The notes under the pieces are model-generated. The model was given only the letters and a program-made list of their open reading frames with translations. It was not told the DNA's origin and made no database searches. Positions 46,141-58,900 of a DNA stretch of 64,000 nucleotides are shown here, in pieces (positions within the stretch are counted from its first letter, which is position 1; every line of letters begins with the position of its first letter). Position numbers and translations under genes: made by a program. Source of the stretch: Callorhinchus milii (lineage: Eukaryota); assembly GCF_018977255.1 (NCBI RefSeq), contig NW_024704742.1, positions 52,764,001 to 52,828,000 of the forward strand, in the 5' to 3' direction.

Positions 46141-48626
46141 CCCCACAACACCGCCCAACAACACCCACACACCCCCACACACACCAACAACCCCCACACC
46201 CCACACACACCCCCACACACCCCAACACACCCCAACACAACACCGCCCAACAACACCCCCCACACCCCACACACACACACCCCACACAACACACAACACC
46301 GCCCAACAACACCCACACACACCCCAACACCCCACACCACACACCCCCACCACCCCAACACACCACCCCCAACACACACACACCACACACACCACACACA
46401 CCCCAACACCGCCCAACAACACACACACACCCCACACACACACACCCCCACACACACACAACCCCCAACAACACCCACACCACCCCAACACCCCACACAC
46501 ACACACCCCCAACACACCCCAACACACAACACCCCCACACACCAACACACACACACACCCCAACACCCCACACACACACACCCCCAACACACCCACACAC
46601 ACACCCCCCAACAACACACACACACCAACACACACACACACCCCAACACCCAACACACACACACACCCCACACACACACCCCCACACAACACACAACACC
46701 GCCCAACAACACCCACACACACCCCAACACCCCACACACACACACCCCCAACACACCCCAACACACAACACCGCCCAACAACACACACACACCAACACAC
46801 CACACACACCCCAACACCGCCCAACAACACACACACACCCCACAACACCCCACACACACACCAACACACCCCAACACAACACCGCCCAACAACACACACA
46901 CACACCACACACACCCCCCACACACACACCCCAACACCCCCAACACACCCACACACACACACACCCCCAACACACCCCAACACAACACCCCCAACACCCC
47001 CACACCCACACACCACACCCCACACAACACACAACACCGCCCAACAACACCCACACACACCCCAACACCCCACACACACACACCCCAACACACCCCAACA
47101 CAACACCGCCCAACACCCCCCACACCCCACACACACACACCCCCAACACACCCCAACACACAACACCGCCCAACAACACACACACACCACACACACACCC
47201 ACACACCCCCCAACACCCACACACACCCCACACCCCAACAACACCCACACACCCCAACACCCCACACACACACACCCCCAACACACCCCAACCACACACC
47301 CCCAACAACACACACACACCACACACACCCCAACACCCACACACCCCACACACACACACACCCCAACACACCCCAACACCCCACACACACACCCCAACAC
47401 ACCCAACACACAGCAACCCCAACACACCTCCACCACACACACCCAACACCCAGCAACCCCAACACGCCTCCACCACACACACCCAACACCCAGCAACCCC
47501 AACACCCACACACACACACACCCCACACACAACCCCACACACCCCAACACCGCCCAACAACACCCCACACACCCCCACACCCACACACACCCCCACACCC
47601 CAACACCCCAACAACACCCACACACACCCCCACACCCCAACACCGCACACACCCACACACACCCCACACCCCAACACCGCCCAACAACACCCACACACCA
47701 CACACACACCCACACACCCCCCAACACCCACACACACCCCACACCCCAACAACACCCACACACCCCAACACCCCACACACACACACCCCCAACACACCCC
47801 AACACACAACACCGCCCAACAACACACACACACCACACACACCCCAACACCCACACACCCCACACACACACACACCCCAACAACACCCCAACACCCCACA
47901 CACACACACACCCCACACACAACCCCACACACCCCAACACCGCCCAACAACACCCACACACCACACCCCACACACACACCAACAACCCCCACACCCCACA
48001 CACACCCCCACACACACCCCAACACACCCCACACCCCAACAACCCCCACACCCCACACACACCCCACACACACACCAACACACCCCACACCCCAACACAC
48101 CCCACACAACACACAACACCGCCCAACAACACCCCCCACACACACCAACACACCCCAACACACCCCCCATACACACAACCCCACACACCCCAACACCCCA
48201 CACACACACCCCCACACCCCAACACCGCCCAACAACACCCACACACCCCAACACACCCCAACACCCCCCCCACACACACACACACACCCCAACACACCCC
48301 CCACACACACCACACACCCCAACAACACCCACACCCCCCACACACCTCACACACACCCCAACACCCCACACACACCCCAACACCCCCCAACACACCCCAA
48401 CACACCCCAACACACCCCACACCCCAACACACCCCACACCCCACACCCCAACACACCCCCCACAACACCGCCCAACAACACCCACACCACACACCACCCA
48501 ACACCCCCACACACCCCACACAACACCACCCAACACCCCCACACACCCCACACAACACCACCCAACACCCCCACACCCCCAACACTCCCCCCCACACCCC
48601 CAACAGACCCTCCCCCCCCCCCCCCC
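46141..48626 (+). repeat. C/A-only low-complexity tract with recurring CACCGCCCAAC
   Basis: About 2.5 kb almost devoid of T and G; 18 CCGCCCAAC counted. Confidence 0.95.
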
Positions 48627-48689
48627 GGGAATCAAGCTCCCGATATTCCGCCTCCTCCCAGTTTTCTGATATAACAATAATAATAAACC

Positions 48690-48985
48690 GTTTATTATGT
48701 GTTTGTCGCAGAAACTGTTCACATCTTCACACCGTCTCAAAGCGCTTCACACGATGTACTTACTGTGCGCTGCAGTGTAGTGACTGTGTGTTTGCTGACT
48801 GTGAGCGGCAGAAGTGAGCAGTTTTGTTTGTGGGATTGCCGGCCATGACGCCGGGAGAAACTCCCTTCCCTTCTGGAATAGCGGGATCTCTTAACGTTCA
48901 CCTGAACGGGCAGACGAGCCTCGTAATGTCTCATCTAAAGGACGGCTCCTCGGACGGTCAGGGTTCCCAGCGCTGCATTAAGATG
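48690..48985 (-). mobile_element. Old Deu-domain SINE relic
   Basis: GGGATCTCTTAACGTTCACCTGAACGGGCAGACGAGCCTCG...GTCTCATCTAAAGGACGGC resembles the recalled antisense Deu core of SacSINE1/AmnSINE-type elements. Confidence 0.65.
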
Positions 48986-48997
48986 ACTATGAGCCCA

Positions 48998-49830
48998 AAT
49001 TCTGGAGCTCCATCCCACAGTCCCTCCGCCTCAACTCCTCCTTTGCCTCCTTCAAGACCCGACTCGAGACCCTCCTCTTCGACCGCCCTCCTTCCCCTAC
49101 TCTCCCCGCTCTCTGCCCCATCCTGATCCCAAACACCAGCTCGGATGTGGATCCCGACTGTCGGAATGTCCTCCTGATGTCAAAGGCATTTTACAAATGT
49201 AATTTGTTGTTGTTGAAGTTCCTCTGTAAACCTACAATCCCACCTTTTTGTTTTCTCGGCGCTAAACTCTCCTAACCCTTCGCCCGTAATCTCACTCGCT
49301 CAGCTTTCCCTCTTTTCTCCCACATTACCAGTCTGCGTCTCTACCCCCACTCAAGGCTTTCAAGACCCTCATCCACACCGTCATTTCTAGGCTTTTATTT
49401 CAAGCTCACAGAACTTCCCAACCCCCTCGCCGGATCCTGGTCCTCACCTACAAAGCCCTCCATGGCCTCGCCCCACCCTACCTCTGCGACCTCCTAACCC
49501 CCTACCAACCCGCCCGCTCCCTCCGCTCAGCCGGCTCTGGCCTGCTCCAGGTCCCCCGACCCATCCGACCCACCATTGGCGGAGAGCCTTCAGCCCCTCT
49601 GCCCCCAACCTCTGGAATTCCATCCCCCAATCACTCCGCCTCACCCCCTCCTCAGCCTCCTTCAAGTCCCGCCTCAAGACCCTCCTCTCCGACCATGCTA
49701 TCGGCCACCCCCCCCCCCCCCCCGACCCCAGCTTGAGTCTGAAATGCTGTACACTGTCCAGCGCTTTGGGACGTCCTCCCGACGTGAAAGGCGCTATACA
49801 AATGTGTTGTGGTTGTTGGTTGGTTGTTGC
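48998..49830 (+). mobile_element. Two tandem L2 LINE 3' fragments (~48998-49215, ~49240-49830)
   Basis: ILVLTYKALHGLAPPYLCDLL; each ends in the conserved tail and (GTT)n. Confidence 0.8.
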
Positions 49831-50025
49831 ACAAGTTGCTGATCGTCCACAACTGTAGTTCTCACCAGACTGTGTGAGCCTGTCATCCCATCCCTGCTGA
49901 ATTCCATCGGTTCGCCATCCACCAACGGATCATATCCTCGATCGCACTTCCAAGTCTCACCTCGCTCCACGTTTTACCCGGGACTTTACTGCCCCGGATA
50001 CTCCCTCTGCTCAGTCTATTTTATG

Positions 50026-50356
50026 TCGTGGAGTCCTGTAGCTCAGTGGTTAGAGCACTCGCTTTGCAAGCGAGAGACCTGAGTTCAATTCCAGGCAGAG
50101 GGCGAAACCTTGGGCAAGTTTCCTTACTCCACACAGAGCCTAATAATAATCCCTCCAAAACCAAAAAACAATAATAAATTGGTCATTTTCAATCTACGAC
50201 TGTTTGTGGGACATTGCTGTGCGCAATTGGCTGCCGCGTTCGCCCACAAATATACAGTCAAATCACTTTACAGTGTGTTCTGTGAAGCGCTTTGGGACGT
50301 CCTCCCGACGTGAAAAGCGCTATATCAAATGCAAGGATTATTATTATTATTATTAT
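50026..50356 (+). mobile_element. Young full-length tRNA(Ala-like)-derived SINE
   Basis: A-box, anticodon-like arm CTCGC-TTTGCAA-GCGAG, B-box, body GGGACATTGCTGTGCGCAATTGGCTGCCGCG, LINE-like tail and (ATT)n. Confidence 0.92.
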
Positions 50357-50989
50357 GTCACCGCTTGATCCAGTGAACTTTGAGCCATTCTGTCCCCTCT
50401 TTCTGGAAACTGCATCCTGGAATCCCTCGCCTTGCCCCCTCCCCGCATTAAGACTTATCTTTTCAAACACGCTTCAGGTCACCTGCTCCCCCTCCACCAG
50501 CTCCAATCAGCTGTTTGACGCCTGAGACCGCTCCTGACATGAAAGGGTCTATATGTGTAATTGTTGTTGTTAAACAGTACTATTGGTGCAATCTAAGTAG
50601 TGTACATCTACATGTAAACACTTTAGTCAATAGTTGTGTAAATAAGTAATGAACCGAGAGTTGTAATTAGAGGGTGTACAATGAGGAACGTTAATGAGAG
50701 CTGCTCAGCTATGTCGTTGGATAATGATCCTTGTATCTACACTGGAGAGAGCAACATGATGCCACTGACAACATTATACTGTTATATTGTTAACTGACTA
50801 AAACCGCAGTCTGATCAGTAAAGCAGTGTGTTATCATTTCAAAGTGCTATTTGCCAAAAGAAGCGCAAGTCGGGGTGTAATTTCACTCTGGATCCAGGCT
50901 GTTGTGAAAAATTCAGGAAGGAGAGGATGTGACTGGGACCAGCGGACACTGTGCATCTATTGCAAGCTTTGCTGAAGAAAAAGAGCTGT

Positions 50990-51290
50990 GTTGTCAGGGA
51001 TGGTGTCCTTTCGACGAGATGTTAAGCCAAGCTCCCACCTGCCTGTTGAGATGGATGTTAAAGAACCCTTAGTCATATGAAAAGAGAAAGGAAAAGTTTC
51101 TCCCAGTGTCCTGGACAACAATCTTCTAGATTAATTGATCATTCACCTTGTTGTGGACTTTGCTGTGCACAACTGACTGTACAATGACTGTATGTTTGCC
51201 CACAAACGTAGTCACTCCACTCCACAGTAATTACCTATTGTGGCTTTGCAATGTTACCGGCAATTAATCAAATGCAAAGATTATTATCCT
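50990..51290 (+). mobile_element. Old Deu-domain SINE relic
   Basis: GTCCTTTCGACGAGATGTTAAGCC...TGGATGTTAAAGAACCC...TTTCTCCCAGTGTCCTGG; related remnants at ~1660-1858, ~2660-2900 and ~35905-36055 (-). Confidence 0.65.
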
Positions 51291-52837
51291 TTTTATACAA
51301 CAGGAAGTTTTGCATCATGTTCTTAAAAAACATCTTAAATGTTTAGTGCTGTGGTTGTTGTTACTTCTGCGTGTGTTTCTCAGACATTCTCTCTTGCTGT
51401 GGCCCCGCTGTCTGTTTGCCTCAGTGACATCCTTTTCAACCGCCTATGGGTTCAATTTCTTTTCCCCACCAAAAAAAGTAAGCTTTAGTCAGGTGGATAT
51501 TCTGGGAGGATCGGATCTCGTGGGTCAAAGGGCCTTCTTTAGCCAAACTTCTAATGATCCAGACCAGAAGCTACAATCTGTAATGCACTACCGGACTAAA
51601 CATCTGTTGAGACACAAAGTATTGAAAAATGACCATTGTATGAATTGCCTGTGCCTTCTGACACCGTATTGTTGTGAAATTTGATGCGTTATCATATCAA
51701 GCAGTGAACAGATCACATGGGGTTAACTATTGTTAGTTACTCTGGATTTGAAAGCTCCCAATTATACAGTCACGAGCGAACGATTTGGCCCATCAGTCTA
51801 TCCTGGAGGTGTTCTCCATGTAAAACATCTAAACCAATCCTACTCTCTCGCTCACTCTCCGCACCCTTAAATATTCCCCTCTTCAAGCAGCTAATTCCCT
51901 GTTAACATCATTTCTAATCTGTGTTTCAGCGATGGTTTGTGGTGGAGATTCCACCCACCACTGTGTGAAGGTTTTTTTTTTACAATTCCTTTCGTGTTTC
52001 GGATTGTTTTTATTCTGGAAAGCAGGTTGTGCAATGGCTGTGCTGATGCCACCGTTGCAAGCAGTGGTGTTGTCAGTGTGTTCCTCCAGCTTGTGTAAAA
52101 ACTAGGCGCGTATGTAATTTGAATGAAACACCGGATTTCTCACGGTCCTCGTACCAGTTATAAATCGTCCAATCTCCAGTCGCCCCTCTTTAACATTTAT
52201 GTCATACAACGTCCATTATTCGGTAGCCTCTAAGTCTCGTGCGCAGATGAACCGCAATCTCAGATGTGCCATTCAGCAGCGGTGGCTGCGTCAATCTTAG
52301 AGATCCATAGGGCTTTCGTCGAGGACAGTACAGAGCTTAATTACAGTAATAATTTACATTCAATGTAGAGATCGGAGGAGGGACATCTTAAAGTGCTTCA
52401 AAGGACACACTGTAAAGTCGCTGTATTTCGTAGGTGACTGTTTAGCTGTTGATTTCTTGAACTCCCACTCTGGTACTTTTGACTTTTGGTACTTTAGGGG
52501 TTTTACCCTCTTCTCCCCTTTGGTGGGCGAGCGGCCTGACTGCCCGGGAGTGTAGTGACTGTCAGCGCCGGCCCTGTTGCTGTGCTCGGTTTCCTTTGTT
52601 CTTGGTCGGTCGGTTCTAGTCCTGTGGTTCTAATTCCTTTGGTTGAGTGACGTCGTTCCAGATTACATTCTTCATGGCCGCAGTGGAGGGAGTGGGAAAA
52701 CATCGAGCTGCGGGCTACTGCCTACGGGCAGAAGGCTTTCTTTGATGTCTGTGCTCGGGGTCACGTTTACGTTGTGTTTCCTGCTTGTCTCGGTATCCAG
52801 GATTTTACCCACGTTTTGCTGTTGAGAATCACTGGAT

Positions 52838-52950
52838 ATGACGACCGCCTCGGAGAGAAAGTTCATAAACCTGCGGAAACGCTTGGATCAACTTGGCTAC
52901 AGACAGCCTCTCGGGATAGAGTCCCTTCCGCTGGTGGAGAAGCTTTTCAG
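52838..52950 (+). CDS. CEP135: CEP135 first coding exon
   Basis: ATG at 52838; donor AG|GTACAA, phase 2. Confidence 0.95.
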
Positions 52951-55900
52951 GTACAATGGCAAGAAATGCTGTAGTATATTTTCTGCCAGCATACTTTCAA
53001 ATAATCTGAGAGCTTGTTTGATGAAGAAAAATGTTCTGCCCAGGCGCAGGAGAACTTGGCAGGACCTTGCCTCATGAGCGGGTTAAGTCATTTCATAGGA
53101 CGGTTGTGCCAGAAAGGCGGAGAGGGTCCAATTCTTTAGCTGCTCCTGACAATCCAAATTTTGACAAAATTGAAACAAAATTTACCGACTTGACAGCGAG
53201 TTTCAAGTTTCGTGAAACAAGCCAATGCAGAAATCAACTTGTAGCTCAGTGGTTAGAGCACTCGCCTCGCAAACAAGAGACCTGATTTTGCTTTCCGACA
53301 GGGCGAAATGTTGGGTAAGTTTCCTTACTCCACAAGCCTCTGTTTACCTAGTAGTAAGTGGGAACTTGGTTGTTAGTCGATTGGCGGATGGCTTTTCCAG
53401 GGATAATAATCCTTAAAAAAAAAACAATAAGAATTTGGTCACTCATTCCACGACTGTTTGTGGGACATTGCTGTGCGCAATTGGCTGCTACGTTTCGCCC
53501 ACAAATATACAGTCAATTCACTTTACAGTATATTCTGTGAAGCGCTTTGAGACATCTGGAAGATGTGAAAAGCGCTATATCAAATAGAAGGATTATTATT
53601 ATTTATTATTATAATCTGCGATAAATCTGTACATGTCCAGCAGGTCATGCTGTTTGAGTTTTGGGTATGTGCTTCCTGCGTAATATTCTAAAAGCTGTTG
53701 TTGTTTTGCAGTGATTTGGTGCACACAACAGAAAGCCTCCGCAATGCCAAGCTGTCATGTGGGAAAACCGAGAAGGAGATTGAGAACCTGGACGCTGTAC
53801 TTGAGCCGTACAGGACTGAGAATGGACAGCTTGTCAGGGAAAACAATATGCTGCACCAACAATTACTAAAAGTAAAGGAAGAGTCAGATCACCTCTGCAG
53901 AGGTAAGTTTGCATGCAGAAAAGTTATTGAAGGTAAGTGAAGGAGGTAGAGCAAACGTAAACAAATTTACATTTAAATAATACCTTTCAAGTCAGAGGAT
54001 GTCCTTGGGCTCTGGACAGTCCTGGCTTGGGACCTGAGCTGGGCTTAAAGTATTCATGAAACAATATACAATAATTATTTACCCAGCAAAGTACTCCTTC
54101 ATTGCTGCAAATGCATCAGCAGGTGTACAGCATTCAGAGCCTGGTTTTATTTTGTGTGTTCCACGTGTATGTATTGAAAATTTAAGTCTTATTTTAAAAG
54201 CCTTTGACCCAGAAAGTACTTATTAGATCAGGACACATGCTAATAAATAAACATCAGACAGTATTGGGTTTACAACCCCATCTTTTGCTCTTTTGGAATT
54301 TCCATCTTTGAGGTCAGTCTTCATTCAAGAGGTTGTGATAATAATAATGATCCTTGCGTTTGATATAGCCTTATCGCATTCTTTATGTCTCAAAGCACTT
54401 TGTAGAAAAAACTGTAAAGCGAAACTGTGTATGACTGCATATTTTGTGGGTGAAACGCAACCAATTGCACACACCAGTGTCCTACAAACAGCCGTGGATT
54501 GAGTGACCAAATTATTATTTTTACCTGGTCCATCTGTTACTTGCTGTTCTAAGGAGAAACTTGTTAATTGACTTTCCTGTTAAATTACATTATGGGTAAG
54601 GATTTGCACCCTGACCTAACTTCATTGAAAGTTACTGTGCTGTTTGTTGAGGGGATGGGAACATCAATGGCTGTTGATAGACATTACCAATTATTTTCAT
54701 GGATATTCTACAATTTTTTCTCAGAATTTATTTTGTCAAATTTCTGTATCCTGTACTGTATTGGTAAAAGTTTTAAGAATTATTTTATACCTCAAAAAAC
54801 TTATCACTCAAGGGAAAAGGGCTCAGAGGCGAAATATCAGGAGTGGAGAGTTAGGCACATGTATAAATACACAAATAAATGTGGTTGGGGTATTGATAGC
54901 ATGATGACAAGTGGTAGTGAAAAGTTAAGCCAGGGTCGAGTTATCAGGAGTTTACTGTATAAGACTATTTATTTTCCAACCGCTGTTTAAATTGGATCCC
55001 ATTATAACACAGTAGTGTGGATCCATAAAATCAGACACCACGTGATAATGGTGATGTCACTAAGCCACAAATTTCTGCCGAAAGCCACTCAGGAACTGCT
55101 CTCAAGAACATATTCAGCAGTTGCTGGGATATGCATGGAGGCCATATCTCAACAACAACAACAACAACAAGATTCCATTTATAGAGCGCCTTTCACGTCG
55201 GGAGGACGTCCCAAGGCGCTGCACAGTTGGGTCATGACCCGAGCAGGGGGGAAATGGTCAGGGTGAGGGGAGGGAAGGGAGCGAGGAGGGGGAAATGGTC
55301 AGGGTGAGGGGAGGGAAGGGAGGGAGCGAGGAGGGGGGAAATGGTCAGGGTGAGGGGAGGGAAGGGAGGGAGCGAGGAGGAGGAAGAGAGTCGAGAGGGG
55401 AGCTGAAGGCTCGGTCTCCTGCATATCATGCACAGAAAGTGAGCTATTCAGCACTGGAAACCACAAGTGTACTATATTTCCTGTAAGCTTTGGATCGATG
55501 GTGTGTCTGCACTATATATAGACCCACATGACAATAATATCGATATACCAAAGCACAGTATGATGGGCCCTGGCTGTATATTTTATACCTTCTGTGGCAC
55601 AGGTTATTTAGCATAAAGAAACATTTTGAATTAACAGTATCCTTTTATTTATTTTTGGCTTCTTTACTCACAGGAGAGACACAGGAGAGAAGGCAATTAA
55701 ACTATCCTATTTGCAAAGAGCATTTGCAAAGACTGAAATTTTAGATTCATAGTTAAACAGGAACCCTTCAACAACAACAACAAATTACATTTGTACAGCA
55801 ACTTCCACGTTGGGAGGGCATCCTAAGGCATTGGACAGGGATTTGGACCCGAGCTGGGGGTTGGGATCGGGAGGGGTGAAAAGCAGGCAGGGTAGGGGTA

Positions 55901-58900
55901 GGAGGGTGACCAAATACACGGTCCAAGAGGACTTGAGACGTGTCTTGAAGGAGGTAAGGGAAGGAGCAAGGCAAAGGGACTATGGGATGAAGTTCCAGGG
56001 TGGGGCAGAGAGGCATCAAAACTATTTAGTCCTTGGAACCTGTTCCCCAGTTCATTAGATCATGATGAATCTTTTAATCCCAGCTCTGAATATCCTTTTA
56101 TATTGCTACTTCCCAAATACAGTTCTCACCCCCTTATCTTGAATCCGACATCTCGCTTATATCGACAAAAAAGTGAAGTTCCGGTCACTTCTCTGCACAT
56201 TAATGCTATAAACGTACCATCGATCTCAACACTTATGTCTACAAATTGTTTAGGTCCCTAACAGTATTAAAGGCATTGTTTTATTGCCACTTATGTCAAC
56301 AGTGTACTCATAAATGACTACTTTTTACATCCATTACTATTTTTATAGATAAGTTAATGTAATTGTTGTAAATAAGGTAATGAAAATAGATGCAAGTAAG
56401 TGGTTCAGAAATTGTAATTAAATGCATGACTTTTTAAAATGAGTCAATGAAAATAAATGTAAATATATGTGTTTTACATATGAGAATCATATAGTTCTAT
56501 GGTACATGGTACAGAAATTTTATTATCAGAACAAGTATTGTCCACTTGTCCTTTGTCAACAAAACACTTATGTCGACAAAATTCAAACCCATAAGTAGGT
56601 GGGGCTGTATTATCTCTCATTTAGATATCCCAATTAATTCTGTATCTCATTCCACATTGACACAAGAATGTGAAGAAATGTTTTCTGCTGTCCCTTACCA
56701 ACTTAATTTTAAGATTATCTCCTTTCATGAAATACACTTTTTCTGTCAACATGACTGTAAAGCCTCATTATAATTCATTCAGATCCCAGAGCTAGAAATC
56801 CAAATACAGTGTCTTGTCAGCATGTTAATATTTTAGCTTTATTTCATATCCAAAGATTGAAACCAGGTATTAGATCATTTGACCTATTGAATTGAAGCCA
56901 GTATGACGGGATAGTGATTTTGTTTCACTTTGTTTCTGATGCAAAGATTTGAAAGCCACTGTTCGGAAGCTGGAGCATGACACTGCAGACCTGAAGTTCT
57001 TAAATAACCAGTATGTGCACAAAGTGAGGTCACAGGAGAAGGACAGTAAAATTAAGACTGAAAAAATCCAACAGCTCCAGGAGAAAAACCTACAGGCTGT
57101 GGTGCAAACTCCAGGTAGGTGCAGCCTCAGAATCTGAGCTTTATTCCTTCTTCCTCGACCCAAGTACAAGGTGTCCACAAAAACCTCTTACCCCCTGTTA
57201 CAACACAGTGATATGAGAGAATGGAGGAGCTGAAACAAGCTGTCAGAGATGCATTTCACCTCCTCACTCCATCCATGTTACGGAAGATGTCGCACTGAAC
57301 ATGGTGCTAGATCATTATCTGCCGTGAAATGATGGTCACACCGATCCTCTGGAAGTTTGAATACAGTTAAACACTTGGACTGAATACAATTAAGTACTTC
57401 TAAATACAATTATCATCATTCTTCCACATGTTTCAGTTTTTGGTCAGTCCAATGCAGAAAGAAATTGGGTAACAGAACGTTATGGATACCTTATACATAC
57501 ACTCTACACATTAATTTGCAACACCACAGTTCTTTGTTATATGTAAGTTTGGAAGAACTTTCTACTCCCCCCCCCCCACCCCCACTGACCTGTTGTAAAC
57601 AGGCTTTAAATCTGGTGACAACAGTAAAGGGAAAGGGTTATATTTCAGTAAGAAACATAGAATGTTAAATCATAGAAATTTACTGCACAGAATGAAGCCA
57701 TTTGGCCAACTAGTCTTTGCTCATAGGTCATTCATCTCTGATATCTCTTCTGCATTATGGATTCCAATGGCCTAGTAGATAATGGGCTTTTTGATGATTC
57801 AAGTCTGCACTGATGTTTTTCTTGACATAAATCATCTAATCTCTCCTAATCATCCCCTTTATCCTTTAATATTCTGCTTTCCAAGTATCTACTGTTGTTC
57901 CTGTTTTAATAGAATATATGGATTCTGCTTAACAAAACTGCTTGAACAATAGATCAGTGTGGATAAACATAAAACATCACCTTATATTATAAAAATTATA
58001 ATTATTTGTCCTACAGCTATGAACTTATTTCAAGTTTTGATTCTCACTCTATTTAGAAACACATTATGGTGAAAAGGTAATTCTGAAGCTAATTTAAATT
58101 TTAGCCATTCTCCCCAAATAAACCAACAGCACACAAATTTATATCAGCATTTTATACCAGTAAGACACAATCCATAACATCTAATATTAAAAAGCACCCT
58201 GTTTCACAATCTATGATCCACTTCTGGATTATTTCCTTAATCCATTGAATTTGTGGAAAAAAAATTAGTCGCAGTGTAGTTTGTACAATCTTCTCTCACT
58301 ATATTCTCTTCTAAAGATATTTGACTTATTTTTCCTTGACAAATGATTCTACAGACACTAACTGCACTGCATTCCTTATCCCAACCTTTATATATGTGTG
58401 AATAATCCCTAGTGGTGGTCACTGGATACTGATCAGGAGTGGGTACCCTGTCTGATTTCAATACCCCCCACCCTCCTCCATTTACAACTGGCACTGATGA
58501 CGATTGTAATTCCGACTGACAGAAATCAGCAAACTCAGTGCGCGCTAGGATTTGAGCTAACAACCTTCTGGTCTGCATATTATACTGGATGGTGGTAGCT
58601 TTGTCAACTAAGCCACGTGAGGGAGGGGGAGTGAAGCTCCCATTTGATAATATTTAATGTCTTGGTTACTTATTGTTTGTGTCACGGCTTGGCTATCGTA
58701 CTGTGACTAAGTACAGTACCCCTTGTGATAATAGTGGTATCAGTGTCTGATGTGCCTTGTCTTGTCTGTAGTTCTTGCCCTTTGCGATGTAAAGAATTTG
58801 GGCGAATTCATGAATCAGAAAGACAATGTGGTCTCAGACTCACTGACATCATAACAACACTGATATCACAAATGGTTGGGAAACACAGTGACGTCACAGA

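Noticed and set aside
46141..48626. Interstitial telomeric array
   Set aside because: No TTAGGG/CCCTAA units
44772..48817. ORFs of 265-1103 aa (His/Thr/Pro-rich, Val/Cys/Gly-rich, Gly/Ala-rich)
   Set aside because: Open in nearly all six frames over GC and C/A low-complexity tracts, so a compositional artefact
50030..50105. tRNA-Ala(TGC)-like sequence (also at 8837, ~2560-2631, ~19890-19960, ~16117-16170)
   Set aside because: The acceptor stem does not pair and, in the full copies, the sequence continues into a SINE body; these are SINE heads, not tRNA genes
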